Below the pieces are notes generated by a model. It saw nothing but the letters and a program-made list of their open reading frames with translations. It was not told the DNA's origin and made no database searches. Below, piece by piece: positions 8,672 through 19,824 of a stretch of DNA of 64,000 nucleotides. A program made the position numbers and the translations under genes. How positions within the stretch are numbered: the first letter of the stretch is position 1; each line of letters begins with the position of its first letter. Source of the stretch: an uncultured Verrucomicrobiae bacterium (lineage in GTDB: Bacteria > Verrucomicrobiota > Verrucomicrobiia > Chthoniobacterales > Terrimicrobiaceae); assembly GCA_963706955.1 (NCBI GenBank), contig CAVPOC010000008.1, positions 352,001 to 416,000 of the forward strand, given 5' to 3'.

Positions 8672-11600
8672 GTGAAGTCTCTCATCGACCACGCGGTTCC
8701 AAGATGGTGGCAAAGTCGGCTTTGTCGCTTCATCCTGGTTATTTTTCTTGTCCTGGTGATGCCCCGAGAGTCGCAGGCACTCGATCAGGTGACGCTGCAG
8801 CTGAAGTGGCTTCATCAGTTTCAATTTGCCGGTTACTATGCAGCCCTTGAGAAAGGCTTCTATCGCGAAGCCGGTCTCGATGTGCAGATTCGCGAAGGTG
8901 GTCCCAACGTGGATGCTGTCGAGGATGTCGTCACTGGACGCGCTGACTTTGGCGTGGGGACGTCCGGCGCTTTAATCGCCCGCGCCCAGGGCAAAGAGGT
9001 CGTCGTTTTGGCGGCGGTGTTTCAGCATTCTCCGGCCATTCTCCTCGTTCCGCGTCGCGCCGCCGTCTCCAGCATCTTTGCGCTGCAGGATCGACCGTTG
9101 ATGGACACCCCGGGCAGCGAAGACATCGCAGCGATGCTAAAGCTCGCGGGTGTGGACTACGCCAAAATGCCGCGCGTCAAACACAACGGCGACCCGCTCG
9201 ACTTGGTCAGCGGCAAGGCGGATGCCATGGTCGCCTACAGTACGAACGAGCCCTTCGTTCTTGAACAATTGGGCGTTCCTTACCTCGCCTTCTCTCCGCG
9301 AGGATCCGGCATCGATTTCTACAGCGACAACCTGGTGACGTCCGAAAAGCAGATGAAGACGCATCCTCAGCGCGTCGCTGACTTTCGCGCAGCAAGCCTT
9401 CGAGGATGGCAGTATGCACTGTCGCACAAGGAGGAGATCGTTGATCTGATATTGCGCCGTTACTCCCAGGCCAAAAATCGTGAGGCCCTTCTCTTCGAAG
9501 CAAACCAGACGGAAGTGCTTGTCCAACCGGGCTTGATCGAACTCGGTTATCAAAACCCAGCCCGCTGGCAGGCGATTGCGGATACCTATCATTCTCTTGG
9601 AATGCTGCCAGACGCAAAGGTGCCCGAAGATCTGATCTACAAAGCGGAAACAGGTGCCATTCCGCTCTGGCTGAAGGCATCTCTGGCAGGCGCGGCGATA
9701 TTGGGACTGGTGGCGACGTTGGTGGCGCTTTGGATCGCCAGGCTCAACAGGCGCCTCAACTCAGAGATCATCGAACGGCGCGAAGCCGAGCGCGAGATCC
9801 AGCGCGCCAATGCTCAGGCAGAATCCGCCCGCCAACAGTTGGTGGCAATGTCTGAAGCCCTGCCGCTGGCAATGTTTCAGATCGAGTTCAAGTCAGGCGC
9901 TGACGTGCGCTATAATTTCGTCGGCAGTAGAGTCGAGCAGATCCTTGGCGTGCCGGTGAAGGAGCTGATGGCCGAGGCCGCGCTGCGATGGCGCCATGTT
10001 CACCCGGATGACGCCGAGGTGGTGCGGAGCATCCTCGCCGACGCAACACAACGCGTTCGGGCGGGCGACTTCAAAGATAGCGTCGAGATCGTTGTGCGTG
10101 TGTTGTCGAACGGCCAACCGCGGTGGGTCCGTTCGAGCGCTTACCCTGCTCCGCCGCTTCCCGACGGCACGGTGATCTGGAACGGCTTTTACCAAGACAT
10201 TACCGAACGGAAGCAAGCCGAAGATGAGCTCAAAGCAAGCGAGGAGCGCTTTCGCCGGCTGTTCGAAGATTCGGCCGACGCCATGTTACTTATCGATGAT
10301 AGCCGTTTCGTCGAATGTAATGCTGCGGCCGTCGCCATGCTGCGTATGAGGTCGCGCGACGAATTGTTGAATCACAGTCCCACTGATCTCTCTCCGCCAA
10401 TCCAGGCAGACGGCACACCGTCGGCGCAAAAAGCACAGATTCTTATGGCGCAGGTGATGGAGCGCGGCAGCCTCCGCTTCGAGTGGTTGCACCGGCGCGC
10501 TGACGGCGAGGTCTTCCCGGTCGAGATCCTGTTGACGACCATCGAGCAACACGGCCGGCGACTGGTCCACACGGTGTGGCGAGACATTACCGAGCGCAAA
10601 CGCGCGGAGGAAGCAGTTCGCGCGGCAAGGCAAAAGGCCGAGGAGGCGACACAGGCAAAGAGTGATTTCCTGGCAAACATGAGCCACGAGATTCGCACTC
10701 CGATGAATGGCATTCTCGGCATGGCTCATCTTTGCATGAAAACCGATCTTACCCCGAGGCAGCGCGATTATCTCCAGAAGATCGACCGCTCCGCCTATTC
10801 GCTGCTGGGGATCATCAATGACATCCTCGACTTCTCCAAAATCGAGGCAGGAAAACTCACCATGGAGCGCATCGGGTTCGGCCTCGAGGAAGTCTTCGAA
10901 AACCTCACCAGCGTCGTCGGCATGCGCGCTCACGAGAAGGGACTGGAAGTCTTGTTCCGAATAGCTTCCGAGACGCCGCTCCATCTCGTGGGGGACCCCC
11001 TGCGCCTGCAGCAGGTTTTGGTGAATCTCTGTTCCAACGCCGTTAAGTTTACCCAGCAGGGAGAAGTGGTCGTTTCCGTGAAGCCGGTACAAATCGATGA
11101 CGGCGAAGTCGAACTCGAATTCGCCGTCAGTGACACCGGCATCGGAATGACGCCCGACCAGCAAGCTCGTCTTTTTCGGCCGTTCACCCAGGCTGATTCC
11201 TCCACCACGCGCAAGTTTGGTGGGACCGGGCTCGGCCTCTCTATCTCGCTGCGCTTGGTGGAGTTGATGAGCGGTCAGCTTCGTCTGGAGAGCGAGCCCG
11301 GCAAAGGAAGTATCTTTCGGTTTACCGCCCGCTTCGGCTGTCAGGATCGGGCGGCCCGAGCGCACCATCTTGCCGCGGTCGATCTTCGCGGGACCCGCGT
11401 TCTCGTGATCGATGATAACAGCACTTCACGCCAAATCCTCCAAGAAATGCTCGAAGCAATGTCCTTCGAGGTCACGCTAGCGAACTCGGCACGGGAAGGA
11501 CTCGCCAAATTGACCACAGCAGATGCAAGTGACCCATTTCAACTGGTGCTTATGGACTGGGAGATGCCCGAATTGGACGGGCTGACAGCGGCCTGGATAA

Positions 11601-12859
11601 TTCGCGAGGCCACATCGCTGCAGCAGCGGCCCAAGCTGATTCTCATCACTGCCTATGGCAGTGAGCTGCTGAGCAATCAAACCGAGCAGGCGGGACTGGT
11701 CGGTGTTCTCGTAAAGCCGATCAGCAATTCCTCGCTTTTCAATACTATCATGGGCGCCTTCATCAGCGGCGCTCCCAACGCTGACACCAAGCCACGTGCT
11801 GCCGACGGTGAACGGCTGGTCGATCTTACTGGTCTCCGTGTGCTCCTGGTTGAAGATAACGAGATCAATCGGGAACTCGCGAGTCAGTTGCTGCGCGATG
11901 TGGGAATTGTTGTTTCTATAGCGCACAATGGCCGTGAAGCGGTGGAGAAGGTCACAACTGAATCCTTCGATGGTGTCTTGATGGACATCCAGATGCCTGA
12001 GATGGACGGCTATCAGGCCGCCAGAGCCATCCGTGCGCAGGCCGAGCTCGCTACGCTTCCAATCATCGCCATGACTGCGAACGCCATGCTCGTCGACCGT
12101 GCCAAGGCCCTGGATGCCGGCATGAACGACCACCTCCCCAAGCCCATCGATCCGGGAGAACTCTACGCGGCCATCAAGCGCTGGTTCAAGCCGCCCGCAT
12201 TGGTTTCTTCTCCACAGTCCGGCACGCCACCCGCCTCAATCACCGACGGAGAAGTGGCTATCGACTACCTCGACGGTATTGACCTCGCTGACGGACTCAA
12301 ACGTGTTGCAGGTAATCGTCCTCTCTATCGCAATCTTCTGTTGAAATTCCGGCAGAGCCAAGCTGATGCAGCATCGGAGATCCGCCAGGCTCTGGCAGCA
12401 GGAGATCGCCAGCGCGCGGAGCGAATCGCCCATACCATAAGAGGCATTGCTGGCAGCGTCGGCGCCAAGGAGCTACAAGCTGCCGCCGCGACCGTCGAAC
12501 AGGGACTTCGGGTCTCGAACTCAGCGCATATGGAGACTGACCTTTCGGCCTTTGAAACTGCGCTGCGCCGTGTTGTTGCTTCCATCGCAAACCTCGGCGA
12601 GCTCGAACCACCGAGCCCCTGCTCTCAGCCGATTCCGGACCTCTCCAAGCTCCTCCCGAAGCTTAGTGAGCTGGAGTTGTTGCTTAAAAACGACGACTTC
12701 GACGCCCGGAATATCCTTGAGGAGCTGCTCCCTCATTTTCAAAAAACCCCGCATGCCGAGCTCTTTCAGGTGTTGACAAAAAAGGTGGCCGGTTACGATT
12801 TCGAAGCGGCCCTCGCTGAATTTCAGACCATTAAGGCTGCGATCGAAACGGAGCAGTAA
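8672..12859 (+). CDS. Hybrid sensor histidine kinase: NMT1/THI5-like periplasmic domain, TM, PAS x2, HisKA, HATPase, REC x2, Hpt
   Basis: [17 protein letters not shown] (NMT1-like), [32 protein letters not shown], two receivers and [13 protein letters not shown] (Hpt). Confidence 0.95.
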   Translation: MKSLIDHAVPRWWQSRLCRFILVIFLVLVMPRESQALDQVTLQLKWLHQFQFAGYYAALEKGFYREAGLDVQIREGGPNVDAVEDVVTGRADFGVGTSGALIARAQGKEVVVLAAVFQHSPAILLVPRRAAVSSIFALQDRPLMDTPGSEDIAAMLKLAGVDYAKMPRVKHNGDPLDLVSGKADAMVAYSTNEPFVLEQLGVPYLAFSPRGSGIDFYSDNLVTSEKQMKTHPQRVADFRAASLRGWQYALSHKEEIVDLILRRYSQAKNREALLFEANQTEVLVQPGLIELGYQNPARWQAIADTYHSLGMLPDAKVPEDLIYKAETGAIPLWLKASLAGAAILGLVATLVALWIARLNRRLNSEIIERREAEREIQRANAQAESARQQLVAMSEALPLAMFQIEFKSGADVRYNFVGSRVEQILGVPVKELMAEAALRWRHVHPDDAEVVRSILADATQRVRAGDFKDSVEIVVRVLSNGQPRWVRSSAYPAPPLPDGTVIWNGFYQDITERKQAEDELKASEERFRRLFEDSADAMLLIDDSRFVECNAAAVAMLRMRSRDELLNHSPTDLSPPIQADGTPSAQKAQILMAQVMERGSLRFEWLHRRADGEVFPVEILLTTIEQHGRRLVHTVWRDITERKRAEEAVRAARQKAEEATQAKSDFLANMSHEIRTPMNGILGMAHLCMKTDLTPRQRDYLQKIDRSAYSLLGIINDILDFSKIEAGKLTMERIGFGLEEVFENLTSVVGMRAHEKGLEVLFRIASETPLHLVGDPLRLQQVLVNLCSNAVKFTQQGEVVVSVKPVQIDDGEVELEFAVSDTGIGMTPDQQARLFRPFTQADSSTTRKFGGTGLGLSISLRLVELMSGQLRLESEPGKGSIFRFTARFGCQDRAARAHHLAAVDLRGTRVLVIDDNSTSRQILQEMLEAMSFEVTLANSAREGLAKLTTADASDPFQLVLMDWEMPELDGLTAAWIIREATSLQQRPKLILITAYGSELLSNQTEQAGLVGVLVKPISNSSLFNTIMGAFISGAPNADTKPRAADGERLVDLTGLRVLLVEDNEINRELASQLLRDVGIVVSIAHNGREAVEKVTTESFDGVLMDIQMPEMDGYQAARAIRAQAELATLPIIAMTANAMLVDRAKALDAGMNDHLPKPIDPGELYAAIKRWFKPPALVSSPQSGTPPASITDGEVAIDYLDGIDLADGLKRVAGNRPLYRNLLLKFRQSQADAASEIRQALAAGDRQRAERIAHTIRGIAGSVGAKELQAAAATVEQGLRVSNSAHMETDLSAFETALRRVVASIANLGELEPPSPCSQPIPDLSKLLPKLSELELLLKNDDFDARNILEELLPHFQKTPHAELFQVLTKKVAGYDFEAALAEFQTIKAAIETEQ

Positions 12860-12923
12860 CGCCAAAACGAAAAACTCGCGCGCCGAAGAGCACTAAGCTG
12901 CAACAATCGAAAATCACTCACAA

Positions 12924-13949
12924 ATGAAGGGTTTGATCGCCACTCTCTCGCTCTTGCTCTCACTCTCTCTGCCGTTTGCCGAGACAGTATGCGCTCAAGG
13001 GGATCAATACCGGTTCGTCATGGTGTCCCACATCGGCGCCAACGATCCGAACATGAATTGGCTAACGAGTTCCATGAAAACGTTTGGCGAGCGATACCCC
13101 GAGGTAAGAACGGAGTATCTGTCGCCGAGCGAATCCAGCCTGGAAAGCTTCATTGCGATTCTAAACCAGGCGATCGCGACTCGGCCCGATGGGATCGCCG
13201 TGCCGATCCTTAATAACAAAGCCCTCGAGCCCATCCTTGAGAAGGCGATTAGCAGCGGCATTCCGGTGGTCGCATTCAACATTGAGGATCCTCGCCCTCC
13301 GGACCAGCGGATCCGCTATCTTACCTATGTGGGCGGGGATGAGTATCTCACGGGCATGAAACTGGGGGAGTATGTCATTGAGCAAGCGAACGCGGGCAAG
13401 ATTCCGAAGCCAACCAAAATGATGTGCGCCAACCACGATCCGACTCATCAGGGCTTAAAGGCACGGTTTCAGGGAATGACGTATGCGATGAAAAAGATCG
13501 GCGTCAGCGTCGATGAACTCGTGATCGGCGCGGATCCTGAGCGGGCCCGCAGCATCATGCAGTCCTATCTAAGCGCCAATAAGGATGTTAATTACATTTT
13601 TACCCTGGGCACGTTGTCCTGCCCATGGGCTTACAGCGTTGCCGATCAGATGGGATTGAAACCGAAGCTTTCTGACAAGGGGATGACGATTGTGAGTGTC
13701 GACGACAGCCCCAATTCCCTCGAGGGTATCAAAGAGGGGAAAATCCTCGCTTCACACAGCCAGGGTTTCTGGCTCCAGGGCTATCTTCCGATGGAGATCC
13801 TTTACTTTCACAAGAAGATTGGGATGCACCCGCTCAGCGACGTCATAACGGGACCGATTGTCATCAATGCGAGTAACGTTGATGAATGGATAAAATTCGT
13901 CAAAAACATCATTGGTGAAGACGCCTACAAGAAGCAAATTACCTGGTAA
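12924..13949 (+). CDS. Sugar-type periplasmic substrate-binding protein (type 1 PBP), no adjacent permease
   Basis: Signal peptide plus AIATRPDGIAV, KAISSGIPVVAFN, YVGGDEY and SQGFWLQGY. Confidence 0.88.
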   Translation: MKGLIATLSLLLSLSLPFAETVCAQGDQYRFVMVSHIGANDPNMNWLTSSMKTFGERYPEVRTEYLSPSESSLESFIAILNQAIATRPDGIAVPILNNKALEPILEKAISSGIPVVAFNIEDPRPPDQRIRYLTYVGGDEYLTGMKLGEYVIEQANAGKIPKPTKMMCANHDPTHQGLKARFQGMTYAMKKIGVSVDELVIGADPERARSIMQSYLSANKDVNYIFTLGTLSCPWAYSVADQMGLKPKLSDKGMTIVSVDDSPNSLEGIKEGKILASHSQGFWLQGYLPMEILYFHKKIGMHPLSDVITGPIVINASNVDEWIKFVKNIIGEDAYKKQITW

Positions 13950-13995
13950 ATCGATTTGCTTCCATTTCCAGCCGGTATGGACCGAGAGAGCTCGA

Positions 13996-15576
13996 TCACC
14001 GCGTTTGGCCAGTAGGGAATAAATCGCGCCTTTGCTGCTTCTGCACGGAGCTTCCCGTTTCGCGACCTTGTCGAGGCGGTTTAATGTTCTGGTTGAGATG
14101 GAACAAATTGTCGGGATCATACTGTTCTTTGATCCGCGCCAGACGATCATAGTTGCCACCGTAGGCGGCGGCCACCCGATCACCTTCTTCTTCCGTCATG
14201 AAGTTCACGTAGGCCCCCTCGGAGGCATATGGGGCGGAGGCTCGGAAAAACGCGCGCGCCCAGGCAATGCACCGCTCATCGTCCGTCCTCTCATCCCATC
14301 GCCCGTGCACGTTGAGCACAAACTTTGCGTCACGATGACGATAGGCCATGGCATCTGCCGCAACGCGATTGGATGCGCCTGCGATCAGCCCGACGAAGAT
14401 CTCGCACTGCGGCGAGGGCAGTTTGCCAGCGAACTCGATCATCGAGTCCAACGCGGCATCAGTCAGTTCTGTGAAGTTATGGGTTTTCCAATAGTTTCTC
14501 GCGCCGGGCGTAAGCAGAGGATCAAACGCCTGCTGCCATTGGGTGTACGGCTGAGCATCGATATATTCGCCGTGGGAAGTCCCAAAACGACGCAAAGGCT
14601 CAATCAGCTTTCTCCCTTGAGCAAGATCCCCGATGTAGAAGGGAACGAGCACAACGACTTCCTTGCCATGCACGTCTTTGGGAAGAAACGGCAACGGGGG
14701 AGCCTTGCGCAAGACAACCCACACATTGAGTTCCTCCGGGGCGGCTGCTACGAATTCCCGATATTGTCTCAGCACCTGCTTTGCTTGCTCGAACGGGAAA
14801 ACGATCAACCCGGCCAGGATTTCAGGACCCACCTCATGAAGGTTGAATTCGAATTGGGTGACGATCGCAAAGTTACCCCCGCCACCTCGAATTGCCCAAA
14901 ACAGGTCGGCGTTTTCGTTTTCGCTGGCTCGGATCCTCTTGCCGTCCGCGGTGATCAGGTCCGCAGAGACGAGATTGTCAACGGTCATGCCGTATTTGCG
15001 CGTTAGCCAACCGAATCCCCCGCCTAGCGTTAGACCCGCGATCCCGGTGGTGGAGTTGATTCCGACCGGCGTGGCGAGCCCATGGGCCTGCACCGCCCCA
15101 TCAAAATCGGCCAACGTCGCCCCCGGTTCAACATAGGCGCGTCTCTTCTCGGCATCCACGCGGACTTTCCTCATCGTTGAAAAGTCGATCATCACGCCGT
15201 TTTCACACAAAGCGTTCCCTGCAATGTTATGGCCTCCACCTCGAACTGATATTTCGAGTCCGTTCTCGCGCGCGAACAAGATTGCATGCGGAACGTCATC
15301 GGCTTCCGCACATCGCACGATGAGAGCAGGCCGCCGTTCAATCATCGCGTTCCATATTTCGCGAACCTCGTCATAACTCGGGTCACTCGGTAGGACGATC
15401 TGGCCCTTCACCTTTCTCCGAAGATTCTCAACCGTCTCTTTCGAAAAAGTTGTTTTCTTTTCTTCGCTTGGATCTTGAGCAGCAGCGTTGAGGGACTCGA
15501 TTTCTTCGGGGTTCAGAGTAGAGGCGTCGGCGCGGACCGACCTTCTCGGTTGAGTTGTTGCGTTCATTTGTTGCAT
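13996..15576 (-). CDS. FAD-linked oxidoreductase, berberine-bridge/6-HDNO-like family
   Basis: VRGGGHN (covalent-FAD His), TGIAGLTLGGGFG, DLFWAIRGGGGNF and a C-terminal YVNF...YDPDNLF BBE domain. Confidence 0.93.
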   Translation of the reverse strand: MQQMNATTQPRRSVRADASTLNPEEIESLNAAAQDPSEEKKTTFSKETVENLRRKVKGQIVLPSDPSYDEVREIWNAMIERRPALIVRCAEADDVPHAILFARENGLEISVRGGGHNIAGNALCENGVMIDFSTMRKVRVDAEKRRAYVEPGATLADFDGAVQAHGLATPVGINSTTGIAGLTLGGGFGWLTRKYGMTVDNLVSADLITADGKRIRASENENADLFWAIRGGGGNFAIVTQFEFNLHEVGPEILAGLIVFPFEQAKQVLRQYREFVAAAPEELNVWVVLRKAPPLPFLPKDVHGKEVVVLVPFYIGDLAQGRKLIEPLRRFGTSHGEYIDAQPYTQWQQAFDPLLTPGARNYWKTHNFTELTDAALDSMIEFAGKLPSPQCEIFVGLIAGASNRVAADAMAYRHRDAKFVLNVHGRWDERTDDERCIAWARAFFRASAPYASEGAYVNFMTEEEGDRVAAAYGGNYDRLARIKEQYDPDNLFHLNQNIKPPRQGRETGSSVQKQQRRDLFPTGQTR

Positions 15577-15587
15577 TTGTGCTGTTG

Positions 15588-15603
15588 TACCGACTAGTTA
15601 GTA
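15588..15603. promoter_or_regulatory. Probable TetR operator in front of the FAD oxidoreductase
   Basis: Imperfect palindrome TACCGACTAGTTAGTA, 13/16 identical to the reverse complement of 16236-16251. It overlaps a minus-strand TATACT hexamer. Confidence 0.7.
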
Positions 15604-15622
15604 TACTTCTGGGCAAAAAAAT

Positions 15623-16219
15623 TTACGCGGGTTCGGCGATGAGCGTAGCCAACGAGAGTCGGAATGCGCGAATGGCCTTGGGAATACGGGTGGGATCGCG
15701 ATGGGCTTTGGCGAGCACGATAGATCCCTCGAGCACGCCGAGAAGCGTATCGGCCAATTCACCGGCTGTCGGCCTTTCCCTCCCCACCCACTGCGCGGTG
15801 ATCGGTTGAAGTTTCTCCGCGAAGTCGTCCGAGACCGCCCGAAACATGTCCGCAACGGCTCGCTGCATACGAGAATTCGTATCGGCAAGCTCCAACGCAA
15901 ACGAGCCCATCAGGCACCCTCCACTCCAAAGCTCTGGAGAGCACTTCTCGAAATATTCAAGAAACGCAAACGCCCGTTCAACCGGATCCGTGGTTCGGAC
16001 GTGCGGTCCACGTGCTAGCATTTGCGCGCTTCGTTGAAGAGACCAATCCAAGACCGCAAGACCCAGATCCTCCTTCGAATCAAAAAAATAATAGAAACTT
16101 CCCTTGGTCAGCTCGGCCTTCTCACAAATTGCATCCACAGTCGTGGCCGCATAACCACGGGCCAGGAACAGCTCTTTGGCTCCGGCCAAAATGCGTTCTT
16201 TGGACTCATTGGCTGCCAT
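15623..16219 (-). CDS. TetR/AcrR family regulator (NemR-like)
   Basis: N-terminal HTH GYAATTVDAIC...KGSFYYFFDSKEDL and a GGCLMG motif. Confidence 0.93.
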   Translation of the reverse strand: MAANESKERILAGAKELFLARGYAATTVDAICEKAELTKGSFYYFFDSKEDLGLAVLDWSLQRSAQMLARGPHVRTTDPVERAFAFLEYFEKCSPELWSGGCLMGSFALELADTNSRMQRAVADMFRAVSDDFAEKLQPITAQWVGRERPTAGELADTLLGVLEGSIVLAKAHRDPTRIPKAIRAFRLSLATLIAEPA

Positions 16220-16229
16220 CTCAATTTCC

Positions 16230-16258
16230 TTTATATACTAACCGGTTGGTACAGTCAA
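16230..16258 (-). promoter_or_regulatory. Sigma70-type promoter of tetR with operator (16236-16251) in the spacer
   Basis: Minus strand TTGACT-17 bp-TATAAA. The spacer contains the near-palindrome TACCAACCGGTTAGTA. Confidence 0.75.
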
Positions 16259-16694
16259 GGGATTTGTGTTCGCAGATAGGACGGCTCCTGGCCGGCGCCT
16301 CGGGCGGCAGCGCTGGTTCTTGCTGGCATCGATGTCGCAGAAACCGCGATCACGATCGCCGGCGCGTGCTAGAGCGCGAAGGAGCGCCCCCTAGCCCCAT
16401 GCTTCGCCATGAATCGCGCTGAAGGCCATCGCGGAGCGTTGGCGTTGGTGGCGGAAGAACCACAATCAGCGCTACGATGCTCGACAACCGCGGGAGGACG
16501 AAGACGGACCGCAAGGGCGATGCGGTCGGCGGCGGGATCTCTGGCGGCGTTGTAGGCGTTACTCTCGCTTTGCCCACGTGTGGGCATTTGTGAGCATGTA
16601 AGAAAACCTCGGATCGTTCGAGAGGCCTCTATTCATGCGGTTTTGCCCACGTAGGAGCAACTGGGAGAGCATGAGTAAATTCGCTCAGATCGAA

Positions 16695-16735
16695 TTGTGA
16701 AACGAGAAGCTATATCAACGGAGCGTATATCCCCC
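16695..16735 (-). repeat. Degenerate second copy of the tRNA-Ala 5' half
   Basis: ttgtgaaacgagaagctatatcaacggagcgtatatccccc aligns with ttgcgaacgagacgctctaccaactgagctataccccc at 5602-5639, in the same orientation and ending at the same anticodon-loop point. Confidence 0.7.
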
Positions 16736-17626
16736 AGTGCTTTGTTCAATTAGTTACACATAGTCAGCCAGAACCACGGCCGGTCTATTTGGGCCGAATT
16801 TCCGCGTCTGAAACGGGCAATCGCTATGCTACAACGAAAATCCGCGGCACGATCAAACCCTAGGCTTCGATGAGGAATTTGCGGCCGTCAACACTCTCAT
16901 AGAGCGATGCATTCATGTTGAACCGAAGATCGCATCGCATGCCTAAGGACTTCCCGGCTAGGCCTCCCTATTACTTGCAACGCGAGGGGCGGTCCAGCCA
17001 GATTCAACAGAACACTCCGGGTGGGGCCAGCTTACGTAATAGAATCGCTTTCGTTGGGTCTTCGCAGGCCATCGGAACAGAATTGCCGGATTTCTCCGCG
17101 CGAAACACGTCACTGGCCTCAGGAGCTGAATAACTGCAGTGCTATGCTGCAACCAGGAGCTCCTGATCTCGTTCCGTTCGCAATCGATCAGAAGAGGGGG
17201 TTCGCGCAGGGTCTGCGAGAGCGCACTGGCAAGGCCGCATGGCGCATTCGTCACAAACTTGTTGAGGTCTGCATCTGGTCCGAACATTTGCTTAAGAAGG
17301 CCGTTCTCAAACGCAATTAGGAGAACTCAAGAATGGAAATTTACGCATGTTCTGGCCCTCAAAGTCTGCGCAATGAGTTTAACGGAAGGGTAGCACGCAA
17401 AACTGGCTAAAAGTCACTAGTAGCGAGCCGAGTTGCCGGTTCAGGATGTTTCGGAAGTGTACCTCTTACGATCCACGTGATACCCAAGTCACTAGTATCG
17501 AGACAGATTATGTGGCTCTCACCCTAAGTCTCGCGTGCATAAATTTTCGTTCCTTGAAATCTCCCTAATACACTCTTCCGTCAATGCAGGCGGGTAAGAA
17601 AACAAATACACCATCAGAGAATTAGA

Positions 17627-18445
17627 ATGAGTAACTACGACAACGACGATCACATTAAGAACATGCAAAACTCGGACGCCAACAGCTACTGTCCTAACGG
17701 GAACCCGGTTTTGGAGTTTGCCGGAAGGGAATGGTGGATTAATTACCACTGGAGTCCAGAAAGTGGAATTTATGCGGGCGGAGATTTCGATTCTATCTTC
17801 GATCCAAAGATAATCGAACGGACGTCTGACGGGGTGCAGCTCTGGATCAAGCCGCCGGGGCAGTACGACAGATGGCAAACCTCGGAATTGGTCAGTGTAG
17901 AAAAGGTCGCTTATGGCAGACACCTTGTGACTGCCCGCGCTGACAGTGGTTCCTTCTCAGACCTTGATGCGAACGCCGTATTCGGCGTTTTCACCTACCA
18001 GTATTCGGAAGCCCCGCCTTCTCAGGGACCGAACAAGCATCGTGAAATCGATATGACGGAGGTCTTGCGCGGTGCGAGCAGCAACGCACAATTCACCCTG
18101 CAGCCATGGGATTATGATCCCCATCCATGGTATCCATTTACGCTGCCGGCCAGCACCCCGGTTATCACGATCGTCACGGATTGGTACGTCCCGGAAACCG
18201 CTCCCGTGGCCATCTTCGCCGTTTTTCTGGGCGATTACTCACTTGAGACTCTGCCCCCGCCACCTTGGGAGCAAAGAGCATACGCCTTGTGGTCGCCAAG
18301 CCAGCATGGCTTCGGTGAGTTAATTCCTCAGGTGACTGCAACGAGTTGCGCGCGCATACATATCAATCTCTGGCTGATGCACGGTCAGCCACCGTCCGGG
18401 CCACAATCAGTCACCGTAACGAGAGTTCAATACCAGCAACTGTAA
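17627..18445 (+). CDS. Glycoside hydrolase family 16-like protein
   Basis: REIDMTE matches the GH16 ExDxxE catalytic motif. LDANAVFGVFTY and HINLWL beta-jelly-roll strands. No clear signal peptide. Confidence 0.65.
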   Translation: MSNYDNDDHIKNMQNSDANSYCPNGNPVLEFAGREWWINYHWSPESGIYAGGDFDSIFDPKIIERTSDGVQLWIKPPGQYDRWQTSELVSVEKVAYGRHLVTARADSGSFSDLDANAVFGVFTYQYSEAPPSQGPNKHREIDMTEVLRGASSNAQFTLQPWDYDPHPWYPFTLPASTPVITIVTDWYVPETAPVAIFAVFLGDYSLETLPPPPWEQRAYALWSPSQHGFGELIPQVTATSCARIHINLWLMHGQPPSGPQSVTVTRVQYQQL

Positions 18446-18768
18446 CCATCGGGCGGGACATCGCCGCTAAGATCTGTGCGCAGCACCTGCTCACGAATTT
18501 CTCGGCATCGGCCAACGGTTTTGGCGCTCGAGACCGTCGCGTATCAAATCCATATGATGGCCGATGTCGCAGCGGATCGGTTTTCCTACGGCCAGAAGCT
18601 GCTGACGGCTCTTTCGCTGACGAGGAGCCGGTAACGCTCGAGCGGACTTCAAGCGAAGCGTCTAGCCGTGGCGAGCGGCCTCCTTAAAAGTCAAAATACC
18701 ATAACGAAAATGCGCAGCCAGATCAAAGAACAAGTTCTCCGCTGTGCGTGCCCCACGGCCGCCAGCGT

Positions 18769-19824
18769 TCACGGGTAATTGTTTCGGTCGAGACGGGCTG
18801 CCTCGAGGTAGATCGAGGGCAGGGCTACGCCGCGGGCCCGCAGCGCCGACTCGCGCACGGCCACGCGGTAGTGTCTGCCTGTGACCACCGGCGGCGCAGC
18901 CGGTTGACCGTTGGCCACGTCGCGCAGCCAATCGAGGCTCATCTGCATAGCCACTTCACCCATCTCGCGCGGCGAGGGCGCAATAGCCAAGCCACCACCG
19001 CCTTCGACAAAGGTGGTGTCGACGCCGATCGGCAGCGCCTTGGCATGGGTTTCGATCCAGCTCGCGACTTCCTCCACGCTGGTGGGCCTGGACACCCCCC
19101 CGCCCTGGGGCAAGCCGCTGAAGGACAGCACAATCAGCACGTCGGCCAAGCTGTCAAGTCGCGGGATCGTCTGCTGCCAGGCGGCGAAGTCGGGTAGTAC
19201 CTGTGCCGCCACCAGGCGATGCGGGCTCCAGTCGAAGGCCTGCACCTGATGGATCTCAGCGAAGCCAGTGGGATCAGTCAAGCCGATCACGGCCAAACGC
19301 GCTGGCTCTCCGTTGCGCAGCGTCAGCAAGGCTTCGCGAATGGCCGCCAGCGGCAGCCGCTCGAGCACGCCGCTGACGTTGGCTGCGGTGTCGTAGCCAT
19401 AGCTCGCGGGCTGGCTGTCGATCGCCACGTAGACGATACGCGTCGTCGGGTTGGCCGCCTCCGCCGATCCCGCCGGCACTGCGTAGTGGCGCGCCACATA
19501 GGCCTGCGCCTCGTCGTCCACCGCCACCAGCATGTGCGGACGAAGCTGCTGAATGGCGCGTCGTGCCTGCGCGGCGGCGTCGTGCCAACCGGTCTTGTGC
19601 GGAGAGCGCTCAAGGCCCAGGTAGTACCAATGCACCGTTACCGGCCGACGGTTGCGGTCCAGCGCGGTGCGGACGCCCTCGTCGATGCGCTGGTTCCAGC
19701 CACTGCTGCGTTGGCCGCTGTGCAGCACCAAGATGCGCGGCTTGGTGAGGTTGAAACCAACTAGCAGCACCATCGCCGCCAGCAGAAAGATGGCCACCAG
19801 CCAGCCGAGCACGCCGCGCTTCAT
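18769..19824 (-). CDS. Membrane-anchored ABC-type substrate-binding-like protein
   Basis: N-terminal TM then KPRILVLHS, LVAVDDEAQ, NVSGVLERLPL and SPREMGEVA. ATG overlaps the upstream TGA (ATGA). Confidence 0.8.
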   Translation of the reverse strand: MKRGVLGWLVAIFLLAAMVLLVGFNLTKPRILVLHSGQRSSGWNQRIDEGVRTALDRNRRPVTVHWYYLGLERSPHKTGWHDAAAQARRAIQQLRPHMLVAVDDEAQAYVARHYAVPAGSAEAANPTTRIVYVAIDSQPASYGYDTAANVSGVLERLPLAAIREALLTLRNGEPARLAVIGLTDPTGFAEIHQVQAFDWSPHRLVAAQVLPDFAAWQQTIPRLDSLADVLIVLSFSGLPQGGGVSRPTSVEEVASWIETHAKALPIGVDTTFVEGGGGLAIAPSPREMGEVAMQMSLDWLRDVANGQPAAPPVVTGRHYRVAVRESALRARGVALPSIYLEAARLDRNNYP

